The notes: generated from the letters alone by a model not told the origin. Positions 12,719 to 27,016 are shown, numbered from the stretch's first letter. The stretch: 64,000 nt of DNA from Utricularia gibba (GCA_002189035.1 NEEC01000017.1:310001-374000); one strand, 5' to 3'. Translations and numbers: made by a program.

Positions 12719-14606
12719 ATGGCTGACGGGATGGAAATTCCAAACGCGCTGCTTCCTGTTCTCATCTCCTTCGTCGCGATCTTCTATCTTCTGAAACTAC
12801 TCAACTGGGCTTATATCAGACCCAAGAGACTTGAAGCCGTGTTGAGGAGACAGGGTCTCAAAGGTAACGAGTACACCTTGGTCTATGGGGATTTGAATGA
12901 GCTGAAGCAGAGTGTGGAAAACGCCAGGGCCAATCCCATTAATATGGATGACAATATCGAGCCGAGGGTCGCTGCTTTTTTCTGGAAAATTGTTCGGGCG
13001 TATGGTAATCCCCTTGTATGAAGCTAAAAACTCGTGGGTTTTGTGCTAATGGACTCACTAGATCTTATCTGGGTTTACAGGAAAAAATAGCTTCTTTTGG
13101 CTTGGTCCGAGGCCCTCAGTGATAATCACCGAGCCCGAGCTTGTGAAGGAGATAATGAACAAAACAGAGGTTTTCGGGAGAGCGAGGGGCAGCAATCCCT
13201 TGGGCAGGCTGCTTGCTCAGGGAATCGTGTCTTATGAAGGAGAAAAATGGGCTAAACACAGAAGAATCCTCAACCCAGCTTTCCACATTGAAAAGCTCAA
13301 GGTTTTTTCTTTCCCCAAATGGACTCCCCCTCCTTTGTTTATGAGTTCCAATTCATGTCCAAGGATTGAGAATCGGTGTTACTTTGTTCTGCAGCTAACG
13401 ATACCAGCATTCGTTCTAAGTTGTGAAGAAGTATTGAACAAATGGGATAAGATTATGTCGTCAGAAGGCTCAGGGGAAGTAAATGTGTGGCCTTATATGC
13501 AAAACATAACAAGTGATGCAATTTCAAGGACTGCTTTCGGCAGCAGCTATGAGGAGGGAAGAAAGATATTCGAACTTCAAAGAGAACAAGCGGAGCATAT
13601 TATCAAGGCTTCACAGTCGATATACATTCCGGGTTCAAGGTATGAGGAATTATATCCTTTGGTTTCCTGTTTTTGCAACCCATCCTAGTTAAATGTCTTG
13701 TATGTTTTTCGTGTTTCTAGATTCTTGCCGACCAAAAGAACCAAGAGAATAAAGGGTATCGCAAGAGAGGTACATGACTTGATCCAGGAGCTAATTAACA
13801 GACGAATCAAGGCGATTAAAGCAGGAGAAGTCATCCACAGCGACCTTCTAAATCTGATGTTGGAATCCAACTTTCAAGAAATGGAGCAACATGGAAACAA
13901 GAGCTTTGGCATGAGCATGGAAGACATCATTGAAGAATGCAAGCTTTTCTACTTCGCTGGACAAGAGACAACCTCCGTGTTGATCTTGTGGACGCTGGTT
14001 CTGCTGTGCAGACATCCTGAATGGCAAGATAAAGCCAGAGAAGAAGTACTACACGTATTCGGAAATGGAAATCCAGATTTCGAAGGAGTGAATCACCTAA
14101 AAATCGTGAGTGTTCTGTTCCCACCGGTTGATCCCCATGGTTATATCATGTCATGACTAAATCCATGACCTCCAACTCAGGTGAACATGATCCTGCATGA
14201 AGTACTAAGGTTCTATCCACCAGTTGTTGCCCTTGCGCGTCGAGTTAAAGAAGAAACCAAGCTGGGAAACCTGACACTACCTGCAGGTGTGAACGTGTCA
14301 CTGCCGATCATCTTCCTGCATCATGACCCTGGGGTATGGGGAGAAGATGCAATGGAATTCAAACCAGAGAGGTTCAGTGAAGGAATCAGCAATGCCATGA
14401 AGAGCAACGGGCTGTTCTTTCCCTTCGGATGGGGCTCCCGGATATGCATCGGACAAACTTTCGCTCTGTTAGAAGCCAAAACGGTGGTGTCCATGATTTT
14501 GCAGAGGTTCTCTTTTGAGCTGTCTCCATCCTACACACACGCCCCTGTTTCGATGATAACCATTCAACCTCAGCACGGCGCTCACTTGATTCTGCACAAG
14601 CGTTAG
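12719..14606 (+). CDS. CYP72A: Cytochrome P450 CYP72A family, copy 1 (intact, ~520 aa)
   Basis: Exons 12719-13004, 13081-13301, 13395-13639, 13721-14105 and 14181-14606, all GT-AG and in frame. Alternative ATGs are at 12710 and 12731. It has an N-terminal membrane anchor, WAKHRR, AGQETT, EVLR, PERF and the heme motif [10 protein letters not shown]. Confidence 0.93.
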
Positions 14607-15741
14607 GTATTCAGTTTTTTGTTTGTGGTCAGCGAGACAGCAGCATGGTGGCCGTGCTGTCTGAGTTGCTCTTGTCCGAATAAGGAAACTGTATTGTAGA
14701 CCCCCTCCCTCTCCCGTGGTCCGTGGGGGATGATGCTGTTCGCCTACAGAAAAGGCAGCATTCCAAACATTTGCCTGAAAATGGTCTTTTCTTACAAAAA
14801 TAAAAGGAAAAAAGAGATATTAATAATTATGAATGTCATGCACCAATTCTCTCTTGTATAAATTCACTTATTTGATATGCGTATCTATTAATACATATAG
14901 GATTAATGATGTATCTAATAAATTTTATTAAAAAGAAAAATTAAAAAAACAAAAAATATATAAAAAATATTGTTATTTAATAACATCATGCAATTATTTT
15001 CTTTCATTAGTGGTTATGTGGATTATCTTTTTTGTCATTAAGATTAAAGGTACGTTATTGTTTATATTAAATTTATTATTTTCGATATTAGATGTCTACT
15101 TAAATATTGATTAATACGATATTTAAATATTTAAATATTGCTTTATTACTTTATATTAATAATTAAATTTAAAGTTTTATATATCAATTAGTTTATTTGC
15201 TATGATATAATTTTATTTTTTAAAATTTATATATTTTAATAAATAATTTTCATTTTAAATGCGGATACATCTAAGTTAGGTAAATTCCGGTAATGGGATC
15301 GTGTGTATCCGCAAGTTATGCATCATAGACTTGGGATCGTGAGTTCGCCATGACGACATTGGCCAGATTCCTAAATCACCCAGCAGAGCAGAGCTGCGTG
15401 CCATAAACACCGCCCTGCAAAGCTGAGTCATTGATCGTGTAATTGAAGTGCAACCCGTACCGGCACCGCCCATGGTTTAGTTTACATTTCACTGGCGGGG
15501 GTTGGGTGTCCTACTGCACACGATTTGTTTCACATGCGCAAATTGAGGTGGGATTTTTGATTTTTCATTTCCGGGGCACATCCCACAAACGGAATAAATA
15601 AACTGGACAAAAGGCTTTCTAAAAATGTGTCTGGTCTTGTTTTGGGAACACGAATAGCATAGCATAGCATAGCATCATTTGATTTGATGGCCTGCACAAG
15701 TTTTGATGTCACCCGCTCATTTGGCATTCTTTTAAACTATC

Positions 15742-15759
15742 TGTGTGTGTGTGTGTGTG
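15742..15759. repeat. (TG)9 microsatellite
   Basis: Read directly. (AGCAT)4 at ~15656-15675 and (TTA)6 at ~15946-15964 are nearby. Confidence 0.9.
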
Positions 15760-16528
15760 CCTTGTAAAATTCCTTGTTACATTTTAGGTTTCAGTTTTTT
15801 TGATGGAAAGGCAAGGCAAGCGGAGACCTGGACTTGTCTACGGAAGCAATGCATGGAATGCAGTCTGCAGATGCAGTAGGGACCGCCATTGGAGGCTGGC
15901 TCTTAGGCGCACACGTCAACTCAAGACGGCGCGCCGGCATCCCACTTATTATTATTATTATTATTTTCTCTACTTTTCCCAGTGCGGACGTAGGCGGAGA
16001 CATGCCGTCTCGATTTGTCCGCTCGCCTCTACGGCTGATAGCTGTGGCAGGGACGGGACGTCCACCCACCGGAGGAGTAGCTACTGCTCTGCTCTATCTT
16101 CGCCGTTTGCTTTTACAAAGATAATGCATCTGCCTGCCTGCATACCATGCCATGGATGGATGTATTTTGCCCATACCCCCTTTCTGGGCCCCAGATTGGA
16201 CAGCGTAGGGAGACCGATGGCTGGGCTAGATTCGGCACGGACGACTGACTGGACCCTTCCTTTGATCCATTGGTCACACTGGAAAACTTTTGACTCGCTC
16301 GCTCTCAGCAGTGGCGAACAAATGCAGCCCACCAGCGACGACCCTCCACCTCCCGTCCAGACCCCCCCTTTTTTTTTATTGTATAAACCGCCGTCCCTCC
16401 ATCTCCTGCATTAAATAAAATGTCTATACGCAACATCAATCATTCACGGATACTTGTCTGTGCAAGCGAAATATCCATGAAACAACCATAAACGTCAATG
16501 TCCCTCGGCTTTCGACTCTTTCTAGAAC

Positions 16529-16532
16529 AAAA

Positions 16533-16563
<31 letters not shown>

Positions 16564-16569
16564 CACACA
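16529..16569. repeat. Compound A21-(CA)10 microsatellite in the upstream region of CYP72A copy 2
   Basis: Read directly from the sequence. Confidence 0.9.
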
Positions 16570-16875
16570 AGGGTGGTGGCGCAATGACACTTGGGGTGGT
16601 TGAGATTATTTGAGTAATTATTCATCATTAGGATTATGACCCTGTATCGCAATGGTGAGTAGGGTAGGTGATCCGTTATTCGATGAATTTCCAGAAGAAC
16701 GTTTTGTTTATGTATGATTGAGATCATGGCATGGCATGTATCCTTCCCCCGCGGTGCACAAAATGAAAGTCGTCGGCGGTGTGCTTGAAAAATGCAAACT
16801 TTCTTACCATTCTCATGTATATCCGGTGCTATATAAAAGGGTGCGGACGTGGGAGGAAAGCATCCTCCATCGGAA

Positions 16876-18750
16876 ATGGGATTGCTGATGAAGCTTCTCA
16901 TTGCTCTGGCTCTGCTTGCCTTTTTTATCTCTGGAAGTTCCTCGAATGGTCTCTCTTCAGACCGAGGAGGCTCGACAAGTTGTTGAGGAAGCAGGGACTC
17001 AGGGGTAACACGTACAGCTTTCTAGTTGGAGATCTGAAGCAGCTGAAGCAAACCTTGGGAGACGCCAAGACCAAGCCAATCGACATAGGCGATGATATCA
17101 AGCCCAGAGCGGGCGCTTATTTCTGGAGCACTCTTCAAAAGCATGGTACAACTCGTGGGTTTCGCTTCTTGAGGTTTCATGTTCAAATGGGTTTTCGTAA
17201 AGATCGAGGAGTCTTTCACCTGCAGGAAGCGATAGCTTCATCTGGATTGGTCCCAAGCCAAACGTCATCATCACCGAGCCCGAACTGGTGAAGGAGGTAA
17301 TGACCAAGATGGACGCTTTTGGGAAGTCGAGAAGCAGTAATCCTGTGGCCAGGCTGCTCACAACCGGAATCGTCTCTTATGAAGGAGAAAAATGGGCAAA
17401 ACACAGAAGGATCCTCACCCCGCCTTCCACATTGAGAAGCTTAAGGTTGATTACTTTAAACCCACCCCACACGTTCATCTGTTTGCATCGTTTCTCGTTT
17501 AGGGATCTGATGAGATCTGGTGACTGCCGTGTCCCACAGCTTCTGGTACCAGCTTTCGTTCTTAGTTGTGAAGAAGTGCTGAACAAATGGGAGAACAGCG
17601 TGCTGAATGGTTCAGGGGAAATCGATGTGTGGCCCTATACGCAGAGCATAACAAGTGATGCCATTTCAAGAACTGCTTTTGGCAGCAGCTATGAAGAAGG
17701 AAGAAAAATCTTCGAGATCCGGAGACAACAAGCTCTCTTCGTCATGAAGGCAGCACAGTCAATATACATACCTGGTTCAAGGTAAAGACTGGATCTTAAA
17801 TCTCTCCCAAATGGTAAGCGGCTTCGCAAGTAACAATTACGGATTTTGTTTTGTACTGTAGATTCTTGCCGACAAAAGGCAACAGGAAAATCAAGGCGAC
17901 GGAGGCCCAAGTGCAGGCGTTGATCCGAGATCTTATTGACAAAAGGACCAGGGCGATGAAAGAAGGAGAGGGAACAAAAAGTGACCTGCTAAGTCTCATG
18001 CTCGAATCAAACTTCCAAGAAATGAAGGTACATGGGAACAAGAGCTCTGGAATGAGCATGGAAGACATCATAGAAGAGTGCAAGCTCTTATACATCGCAG
18101 GGCAAGAGACAACCTCCGTGCTGCTCTTATGGACATTGGTTTTACTTAGCAAGCATCAAGACTGGCAAGAAAAAGCCAGGGACGAAGTTCTGCGTGTCTT
18201 TGGGAAACAAACACCCCATTACGAAGGGTTGAACAATCTCAAAATCGTGAGTTTTTCTTTTCTTGTTTCCCACCTCAGACTGGATCCGTAGCTCACTCTG
18301 TTCCTTGTGCGATATTCCTCTCAGGTTAATATGATCCTGCACGAGGTTCTGAGGTTGTATCCACCGATTATTTTTCTTGGGCGCCAGGTGAATGAGGAAG
18401 TGAAGCTGGGGAAAGTGACCCTACCAGCCGGTATAACTGTCACGTTACCATTCCTTGCGCTTCACCAAGATCCAAAAGTATGGGGAGAAGATGCTTTGGA
18501 GTTCAAACCAGAGAGGTTCAGCGAAGGAGTGACCCATGCAATGAAGGGCAATGGGATATTTTGTCCATTCGGTTGGGGTCCTCGTATGTGCATGGGACAA
18601 CAATTTTCCTTGTTGGAAGCCAAGACAGTGATCTCCATGATTCTACAGAAGTTCTCCTTTGAGCTCTCCCCATCTTACACTCATGCTCCCATATTCTCCA
18701 TCACCATCCAGCCTCAGCACGGCGCTCACTTGAAGTTCTACAAGCTCTGA
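16876..18750 (+). CDS. CYP72A: Cytochrome P450 CYP72A copy 2 (two 1-nt frameshifts; pseudogene or assembly error)
   Basis: Exons 16876-17145, 17226-17445, 17540-17781, 17862-18246 and 18325-18750. One base is missing at T6 (16921-16926) and one at ACCCC (17417-17421; exon 2 is 220 bp versus 221 bp in copies 1, 3 and 5). Otherwise it is intact, with AGQETT, EVLR, PERF and [14 protein letters not shown] box at 16830. Confidence 0.85.
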
Positions 18751-19058
18751 AACTAATTTGTCTGAACGAGGGACATTGCCCAGTTTGTACTATGTGTGAG
18801 TATTTGACTATATGAATCATGCCTCCGGACTCCAAAAACATATAAAAAAAAACAGTAAATAAACCCACTTGCGGAAACCAGTGAGCTCTGTTTTACTTTT
18901 CTACTTGAAACCACGACATCTGGACCATATGTCAACATCGGCCGATCGAACATTTGAGTTTTCTTCTTCATAAATGGCGGATCTTTCTTGGATTTTCTAG
19001 AGTATGGGTTTACTTGGTGAGCAAGGCTATGAGTTCAATAAGGATGCGGGAGACGGAT

Positions 19059-20940
19059 ATGAATTCTGTAACAGTAATGGAAACGCTGATCCCGATTCTT
19101 GTTGCTCTCTTTGCTATCCTGATGTTTTCCTCATGGAAGATCCTGAGTTGGGCTTATTTCAGGCCGAGGTCGCTCGAGAGGTTCTTGAGGAATCAGGGTC
19201 TCAAAGGGAGCAAGTATAGGTTTCTGGAGGGAGATTTGAAGGAGTTGCGTAAGAGCATTGAGGATGCGGAGGCGAAACCCATTAACATCGACGATGATAT
19301 CAAGCCCAGACTCTTGGGTTTTGTCCTGGAAACCATCCGGACTCATGGTATCATTCAATACTGTTCTTCTGGTTGATTGCATGTAAACGGCGGATCATGA
19401 GGGAAAATAACTGAATTCTTCTCTTGTAGGAAATCATAGCTTCTTCTGTATTGGCCCAAATTTTTCTGTTGTCATCAACGACCCTGAATTGGCGAAGAAG
19501 GTGTTCAACAACACGCAGGTGTTTCATAAACCAAGGAGTCTTAATCCCTCTGCTGAACTGCTTTTCACTGGAGTTGTCACCTACGAAGGACAAAAATGGG
19601 CCAAACACAGACGAATCTTGAATCATGCGTTTTACATGGAGAAGCTCAAGGTTGTATAGTACAACCCCTCTGCTTGAACTTCATTATCTGCTGATTGCAT
19701 TGTTTATCCTCCTGTATGCAGTTGATGATACCTGCGTTCAATTTGAGCTGTGAAGAAGTTTTGAACAAGTGGGAAAGCTCAATGTCATTTCAGGGGAAGT
19801 AGACGTGTGGCCTGGTATGCAAAACATAACAAGTGATGCCATCTCAAGGACTGCCTTCGGCAGCAGCTATGAAGATGGTAGAAGGATTTTCGAACTCCAG
19901 AGAGAATTAGCTGATTTAATTATGAAATCTGGATACAGCATGTACATTCCAGGGTCTAGGTATGCGATGCAAGCCATGGATTGTTACAGAGATTCCAAAC
20001 TGGAAAGCAACTCTGATTTCTCTGTGTGTGCGCTGATGTTTGTGTAGATTCTTGCCAACCCAAAGGAACAAGAGAATGAGGGAGATCCAGAGAGAAGTCC
20101 AGACCTTGATCCTTGGCCTTGTTGATCGAAGGATGGACGCAAGAAGAGCAGGAGAAGCAAGCAACGACGATTTGCTAAGCCTGCTGCTGGAGTCAAACCT
20201 TCAAGAGATCGAGCAGCATGGGAACAAGAGCTTCGGGATGAGCAGGGAGGAGGTGGTGGAGGAATGCAAGCTTTTCTACTTCGCAGGGCAAGAGACAACC
20301 TCTGTCCTCATCCTGTGGACGATGGTTTTGCTAAGTAGGCATCAGGAGTGGCAACACAGAGCCAGAGAAGAAGTACTGCATGTATTCGGAAAGCAAACTC
20401 CGGATTTCCAAGGACTCAATCACCTAAAAATCGTAAGAATCTCTACCCCTGCCTCCCACTTGAAAGCTAGAACTCCTCAGGCCCGGTGTGCCACCTTTGA
20501 CTCAGGTTAATATGATCCTGCACGAGGCACTGAGGCTATATCCGCCCGTTTTCGCTCTCGGACGTAGCGTAACCGAGGACACCACCATCGGGGATCTGAG
20601 ACTTCCAGCCGGTACCTATATCACGTTGCCAGTCATCTGTCTGCATCACGACACCAAAACATGGGGAGAGGACGCCATGGAATTCAAACCAGAGAGGTTT
20701 AGCGAAGGGGTGAGCAAGGCGATGAAGGGAGATGGGCTATTCTGCCCCTTCGGCTGGGGCTCACGTATATGCATCGGACAAGCATTCGCTTTGCTGGAAG
20801 CAAAAGCAGTGATCTCCATGATTCTCCAGAGGTTCTCCTTCGAGTTTTCTCCTTCTTACATTCATGCTCCCGCTTCCAAGGTGACGATCCAACCGCAGCA
20901 CGGAGCTCACCTGATGCTCCACAAACATCACCCTTTGTAA
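19059..20940 (+). pseudogene. CYP72A: Cytochrome P450 CYP72A copy 3 (frameshifted by a 7-bp deletion in exon 3)
   Basis: Exons 19059-19347 (alternative ATGs 19029, 19077), 19430-19650, 19722-19959, 20048-20432 and 20506-20940. Exon 3 is 238 bp versus 245 bp in copies 1 and 5, with the deletion near 19788 giving an early TAG. The heme motif [10 protein letters not shown] is still present. Confidence 0.85.
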
Positions 20941-22666
20941 CCACCAACCTGCTCCACGTCATTTGCACTGCATTTAATAAAAGTATTAACCTTAAATCCA
21001 ACTCCATCTAAATTATTTACAATGTTTTTTGAAAAAAATCTCTAATACCGATTGATTAGAAACAATATTAAATTTCAATCACTCAACTTAAAATATTATT
21101 TCAATATAAAATAAAACCTATATCAATTCTGAAAATAGATTTATGCAAATTATGAAATTAGGTTCTTAATTATATTATTTTTATATTTAAAATTAATTAA
21201 TTTTATACAATCTCCCTGCCCTATCAAGTGATTAACCTGATATTTTAATTTTCTACCCATGGTAAAATATGTAAATTTGTAAAGTATTCATTGTGTAATG
21301 TCATATGAGAAAATATACATTTTGTAAAATAAATTTTATTTTTTATTAAAATTATATCAAACAAAATGTATATAAATCTATTTTATACGCATAGATGCTA
21401 ATGTGAATTTTGATTTTGTTTTCTATTTACTTTATTATGTAAATTTGATAAATAAGCTGAAAATATTAATTTCCATTAAATATATATAATTAAATACAAA
21501 AACAAATTATAAAACTATAAAAAATATAACTAGTTATTTACAAAAAAAATATAAAATGCACACTAAAGATGAATCATTAAGTTTTAAAAAATAAAAAGAA
21601 GACCAATTAAGCTATAAACATAGATTGTATATAAAATATGCACGTGTATAATTCATTTATGATATGAGCATCAATTATATAAAAATCACACTTGTGTGTA
21701 ATTTATATATGATACATACGTATGCTATGCATAAACCATACTCACGAACATAGATTATGTTTTAACTACGCTCTTGTACATAAATTTTAATTATGCATAG
21801 CTCACATCTGTAGCATATGCAAATTATATATAAATGACGTTCATAGTATATTAGAAAGTATTTTGTTTTTAAATTGAATCATGAATTTGATTTATTTTCA
21901 TTACAAATTATATTTTTTTTTATAAAATTCAATTTAATTTAAGAATAATATTAAATAATTCACATATTATTATTATTATTAATAATATGATTTTTAATAA
22001 ATATATACATATATGTATTGATATTTTTATGAATATAATTAATTATTTTTATTATAAAAAATACAATATTATATAATATAAAGAAAAAGTATGATTAAAA
22101 ATTTTAGAATAGGTTTATTGGACTATAAATTTATTAGAGAGGGTTATTTTATTAAAAAAGCTCAATGAAAATATATGATTTTCGATTTTTTTTAAAACAA
22201 TATTTTTTCTATTTAAAAAATCAAATAACAAATTAATTGTATATTCTAAAGCTTATAATTATTTTTATATTTAATGTCATATATTTAGTAAATATTAATA
22301 TTTTTCATATCATATATCAAATTTACGTAATAAAATAAATAGAAAAAAAATTAAAATCCATCTCAACATTCTTAATAAAATATATTCATATGCTTTTTAT
22401 TTATTATAAATTAAATAAAATATGATAAAATAAAGAAAATTAATTTCAGAAGATGGGTTATTTTCTGACAATGTGGTTAATTATGAGATTCAAATGAAAT
22501 ACAATGGTAGAAAAATAATAAACTAATGATTAACCGCTACCTGGAGTTAGAATTTATTTCGTGTGGACTTTAAAACGAAGCCTGCAACATTATGTCAGCC
22601 ACTTCAGAGAAGCCTACCCCTATCTTCTTCTTATTATACGCAACTTGCCGCTTCAGTGGTCCGGCA

Positions 22667-24517
22667 ATGGAGATCCCTGCGCTGCTTCTTGCAGCTCTCT
22701 TCGCAATCGTCGTGGTGTTGAATCTGTGGCGAGTTCTGAACAGGGCTTTTTTCAAACCAAAGCAAATTGAGAGATTCTTGAGGAGACAGGGACTTAAGGG
22801 CAACAAGCACAAGTTTTTTCGTGGAGATCTGGAGGAGTTCAAGGAGATAACCAGGAGCTCCAGAGCGAAACCCATTAAAATCGACGATGATATCAAGCCG
22901 AGAGTCGCGGGGTTTCTTTTTAAAACCATTCGAACTTACGGTACGTACATCTGGTGTGTATTGTCTGCCTCTGTTCTTCGTTGTGATGCCGTTTTCTTAC
23001 AGGAAATAATTGCTTTTTTTCTGTCGGCCCAAGGCTTACGGTTGTCGTCAACGAGCCTGAGGTTGCAAGGGAGGTTTTCATTAATATGCAAGCGTTTGGG
23101 AAGCCACATAGCTTTACCAATCCCTCAGCAAAGCGCCTCTTCAGAGGACTTGTAACATACAAAGGAGACAAATGGAGCAAACACAGAAAGATCCTGAATC
23201 CCGCTTTTCATTTGGAGAAGCTCAAGGTTGTTTGTCGCTTACTGCTTCTTCTATCCTACCTCTAATAAAGAAGTTTGGTGTGTGATATGAGCGTGATTTT
23301 GTGCCTGCTACAGTTGATGGTCCCTGCCTTTAATTTGAGCTGTGAAGAAGTTTTAAGCAAGTGGGAAGAGTATGTGCTGTCGTCTGATGGCTCAGGGGAA
23401 GTAGATGTTTGGCCCTATGTCCAAAACATAACAAGCGACGCCATCTCAAGAACTGCATTTGGAAGCAACTACGAAGAGGGAAAGAAGATTTTTCAACTTC
23501 AGAGAGAACAAGCTATGTACGTTATCGAGGATGCGCAGTCAGTCTACATCCCTGGGACAAGGTATTTCAATCGATTCCTAGTTCAGATCTCACAGAGAAA
23601 AACAAGTATATATATCTGCGTGTATTGGTAGATTCCTGCCAACCAAGAGGAACAAGAGAATGAAGGAGATCGAGGCAGAGGTGCAATCCTTGATTCGGGC
23701 ATGATTCATCGAAGGATGGATGCGATCAAGGCGGGGGAAGCAAGGAATAGCGACTTGCTGGGGCTGCTCCTGGAGTCCAACCTCCAGGAAATCGAGCAAC
23801 ATGGACACAAGGGCTTTGGGATGAACATGGATGAAGTTGTAGATGAGTGCGTACTTTTCTACATTGCAGGGCAGGAGACAGCTTCTTCGTTGATTCTGTG
23901 GACGATGGTTTTGCTGAGTAGACATCAAGAGTGGCAACACAGAGCCAGAGAAGAGGTTCTGCATGTCTTTGGAGAAGAAGCACCACACTATCAAGGGTTG
24001 AGTCGACTTCAAACCGTGAGCGAATACAATCACTTGCTTTGTCCCCCGATCTACCTCTGATGAGGAGGTGTTTTGGGCGCAGGTGAACATGATCCTGCAC
24101 GAGGTGCTGAGGCTGTATCCACCAATCGCTACTCTGGTGCGCAGGGTGTACGAGGAGACCAAGTTAGGGGAAGTGACGTTGCCGGTGGGCGTAAACATGG
24201 AACTCCCGATCATCTTCCTGCACCATGACCCTGAAACATGGGGAGACGATGCCATGGAGTTCAATCCAGAGAGGTTCAGTGAAGGAGTGAGCAAGGCAGT
24301 GCAGAGGAATGGGTTATTTTGCCCCTTCGGCTGGGGCCCCCGCACATGCATCGGACAGAACTTTGCGTTGCTGGAGGGCAAGGCCGTGATCTCCATGCTC
24401 CTCCAACGATTCTCCTTCGAGCTGTCCCCTTCTTACACTCACGCTCCTGTCTCAATGGTGACCATCCATCCTCAACACGGCGCTCCCTTGACTCTCCACA
24501 AACTCGCCTTCCGATGA
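22667..24517 (+). CDS. CYP72A: Cytochrome P450 CYP72A copy 4 (one 1-nt frameshift)
   Basis: Exons 22667-22940, 23003-23226, 23314-23561, 23632-24015 and 24083-24517. GGG at 23697-23699 is GGGG in copy 5, and exon 4 is 384 bp versus 385 bp. Motifs AGQETA, EVLR, PERF and [10 protein letters not shown] are present. Confidence 0.87.
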
Positions 24518-24889
24518 CCTCACGTCGGTCACGGGCTCCCTTCCCTTCTCTACGTCCATCACCGTCCTACTCAACCCATCCCCGCATCATGACCCCCATC
24601 CAAATTTTATGTCATTACTTTATATCTAGTTGCTATTACAAAACGTCATCTTTTGTGTACAAAAAAAGACAACCCCCATAAAAAAATGTCCAAACACGTG
24701 TGTGGGTCCATGAGGAGGGATTTGATACACGAGTTTGGAGGAAGGTTTGAGCAGGTTACAATTAAGTTTTTTTTGTATTCGATTGGCTAAATTAAACTGA
24801 TATGAAACGACAAGTACAAATTCAGTAAAGAGGTAGAGTTACGTAAATCCAAAATACATTTCTATTTTGATTTTTTAATTTTTTTTTTC

Positions 24890-25040
24890 TAAACACCAGG
24901 AATAATCGTGGGGTGGACTCAGCCCCAGTTCTTGTAAGGTACCATAGATTTGGAACCACTCCATGGAAATTTGACTCAAGTCGACATCCACTGAATCCGG
25001 CCTCCATAGAAAAAGGCAATGCACGGGGATTTATTGATTC
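24890..25040 (-). mobile_element. Possible LINE ORF1 (DUF4283-like) remnant
   Basis: The minus-strand peptide LWRPDSVDVDLSQISMEWFQIYG resembles the W.P...WVQIHG motif of plant LINE ORF1. This is a short, by-eye similarity only. Confidence 0.3.
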
Positions 25041-27016
25041 TTGGCTACATTCAATTCAGGTGTTGTTTTCTACATTCTTTTACAAGTTAGAAATTTAGTT
25101 CAACTACTTTCCCATTACGTAATCTAAATTAATATCTTTTTGTGATTTTTTGAGTTTAATGAGGGTGAAGTTTATATGCGTTTATGTCAGTAAATAATAT
25201 GTTTTCAGTATTTAATAAAGATATAATTAATAGTTCATAAAATAGTCATTAGTCATTTGAACTTCTTTCTTAAGTTATAACAATGATGTGCCATATATAA
25301 CTGTGAGAGAGGTTGATGGAAGAAAACTTATTACTCACTATTTTTTGTGACAAAAAATGTACCAGATTAGGGAAAAAACGTATTAGAAATATAATATAGT
25401 TTTAAATAATGTGGGATAAAAAATGTAGTCTCTCTTAAATACTAGTTTTAGTTTAAATTTTAATAAGAATAATAGAACAATATGGAGAAATAATGCATTA
25501 AAAAATATTTTCAAAAAAAAATCTGGATGATATTGTTCTGACTTTTGAGTTGGAAACCATAATTGATGGAAAATTATATAGAACTTTAGTTTTTTTTTAT
25601 ATATTTTGAATATTTGATACTTTTTTCTTACATTTAGATATTATTATGAATATTAATCTAGTTTCAATTTATGATATTATGATTTGCTTTTTTTTTCCAT
25701 AAATGTTTAAAATATATAATGGTGGTATTGTTACTTTAACTTATATTCTTTAACTACATTTTTATTTTTATTTTTGATGTTTTACTATGGCTCTGATAGA
25801 TTTAAGGATATAAGAAATATCAAATAAAACTTAAAAAATTGATTTGGAATTGGAGTAAAGAATTGAGACGAATATAATAAATTGATATTTTTTGATAGAA
25901 ATCGATAGCAATGAATAAATTTAGTTTCATTTATTTTATAAAATGGCGAATTCAAGTATCAAATGATTAGTAAAACTCAAATATCCCAGTAGTTGAACCT
26001 TTAGAAATTAGCATATATAAATTATGTTATTTCAAATTATGTAAATTAAAATTAAAAGTTGGTTTTACCATATTACCGAAATGAATCTAAGTTATCATTC
26101 TTTTTATTTACATTCTATCAATATTACTTATTTTCCGTTAATTTACTTAATTTCATTTACGATTTCAGTATACTAGGTTAGCTTTAATTATACTCAAACT
26201 ACGATCAAACTGTAATTGTGCAACTTATTAGCACCCTACATGTATAAACTGTTCGTATTCAATCTTATTAACATCATGATTAACTTTAAAATCAAATAGA
26301 TGATTATTGATTATACATTGTTGGATTACTATATTTATTATGTTATTTTACTAGATATTTATATTTTTAAAGTTTTTTTTTACTTCAATAATATTAAAGA
26401 AGTTCATTATTACTCTCTCATAAGGGATCCCATTTGGAACCTATATAATTCAATAATTTTATTTGCTCTTTATATGAAATTTTTTATTTTTATTGAAGTT
26501 TCGTAGAGTCATATTAAAAAGATATTATTGTGTTACTGATCACATACACTTTCTTGATAAAATTTGTATTCTACAAGTGGTATTAAAAATATATTAGTCA
26601 AATACCATACTTTTAGCTTAATTTTGCAAAATACCACAAGTTTTAGAAAAAAAAATTGTAAAATACTATTAAGTCAACATTAACGTATTATTTTACTTCA
26701 AAATATAAAATAAAACTTATAAAAAATTGTAATATAAAATTTATAAAATAGTTTAATTAATATTAAAATTAAATATTAATGTTATTTATAATATAATTTT
26801 CTCGTTTTATATTAATTTTTTTTATGTATATTACTAATCAATTTTAGACGTTAATTATCACCACCATCATTCTCTTGAATGCTGCTGCATACAAGTAATA
26901 TCCAAAGATTTTTAGATGCTGCTTGATGTAGCATCCAAAGAATCTTAATAGTTGTTTTATTTTAGATGTAAATTCTGAATTTATTTGAATGTTGTTGATG
27001 TTATCTAAATCATTAT

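Noticed and set aside
15800-16414. 204-aa ORF as a novel protein
   Set aside because: It runs through a (TTA)n microsatellite (YYYYYYF), has no recognisable domain, and overlaps similar-length ORFs on the other strand. This is expected by chance in GC-rich DNA.
15260-16420. miRNA precursor
   Set aside because: I found no full match to conserved plant miRNAs I know; only a 10-nt match to the miR394 5' end at 15721. No clear long hairpin was visible by eye.
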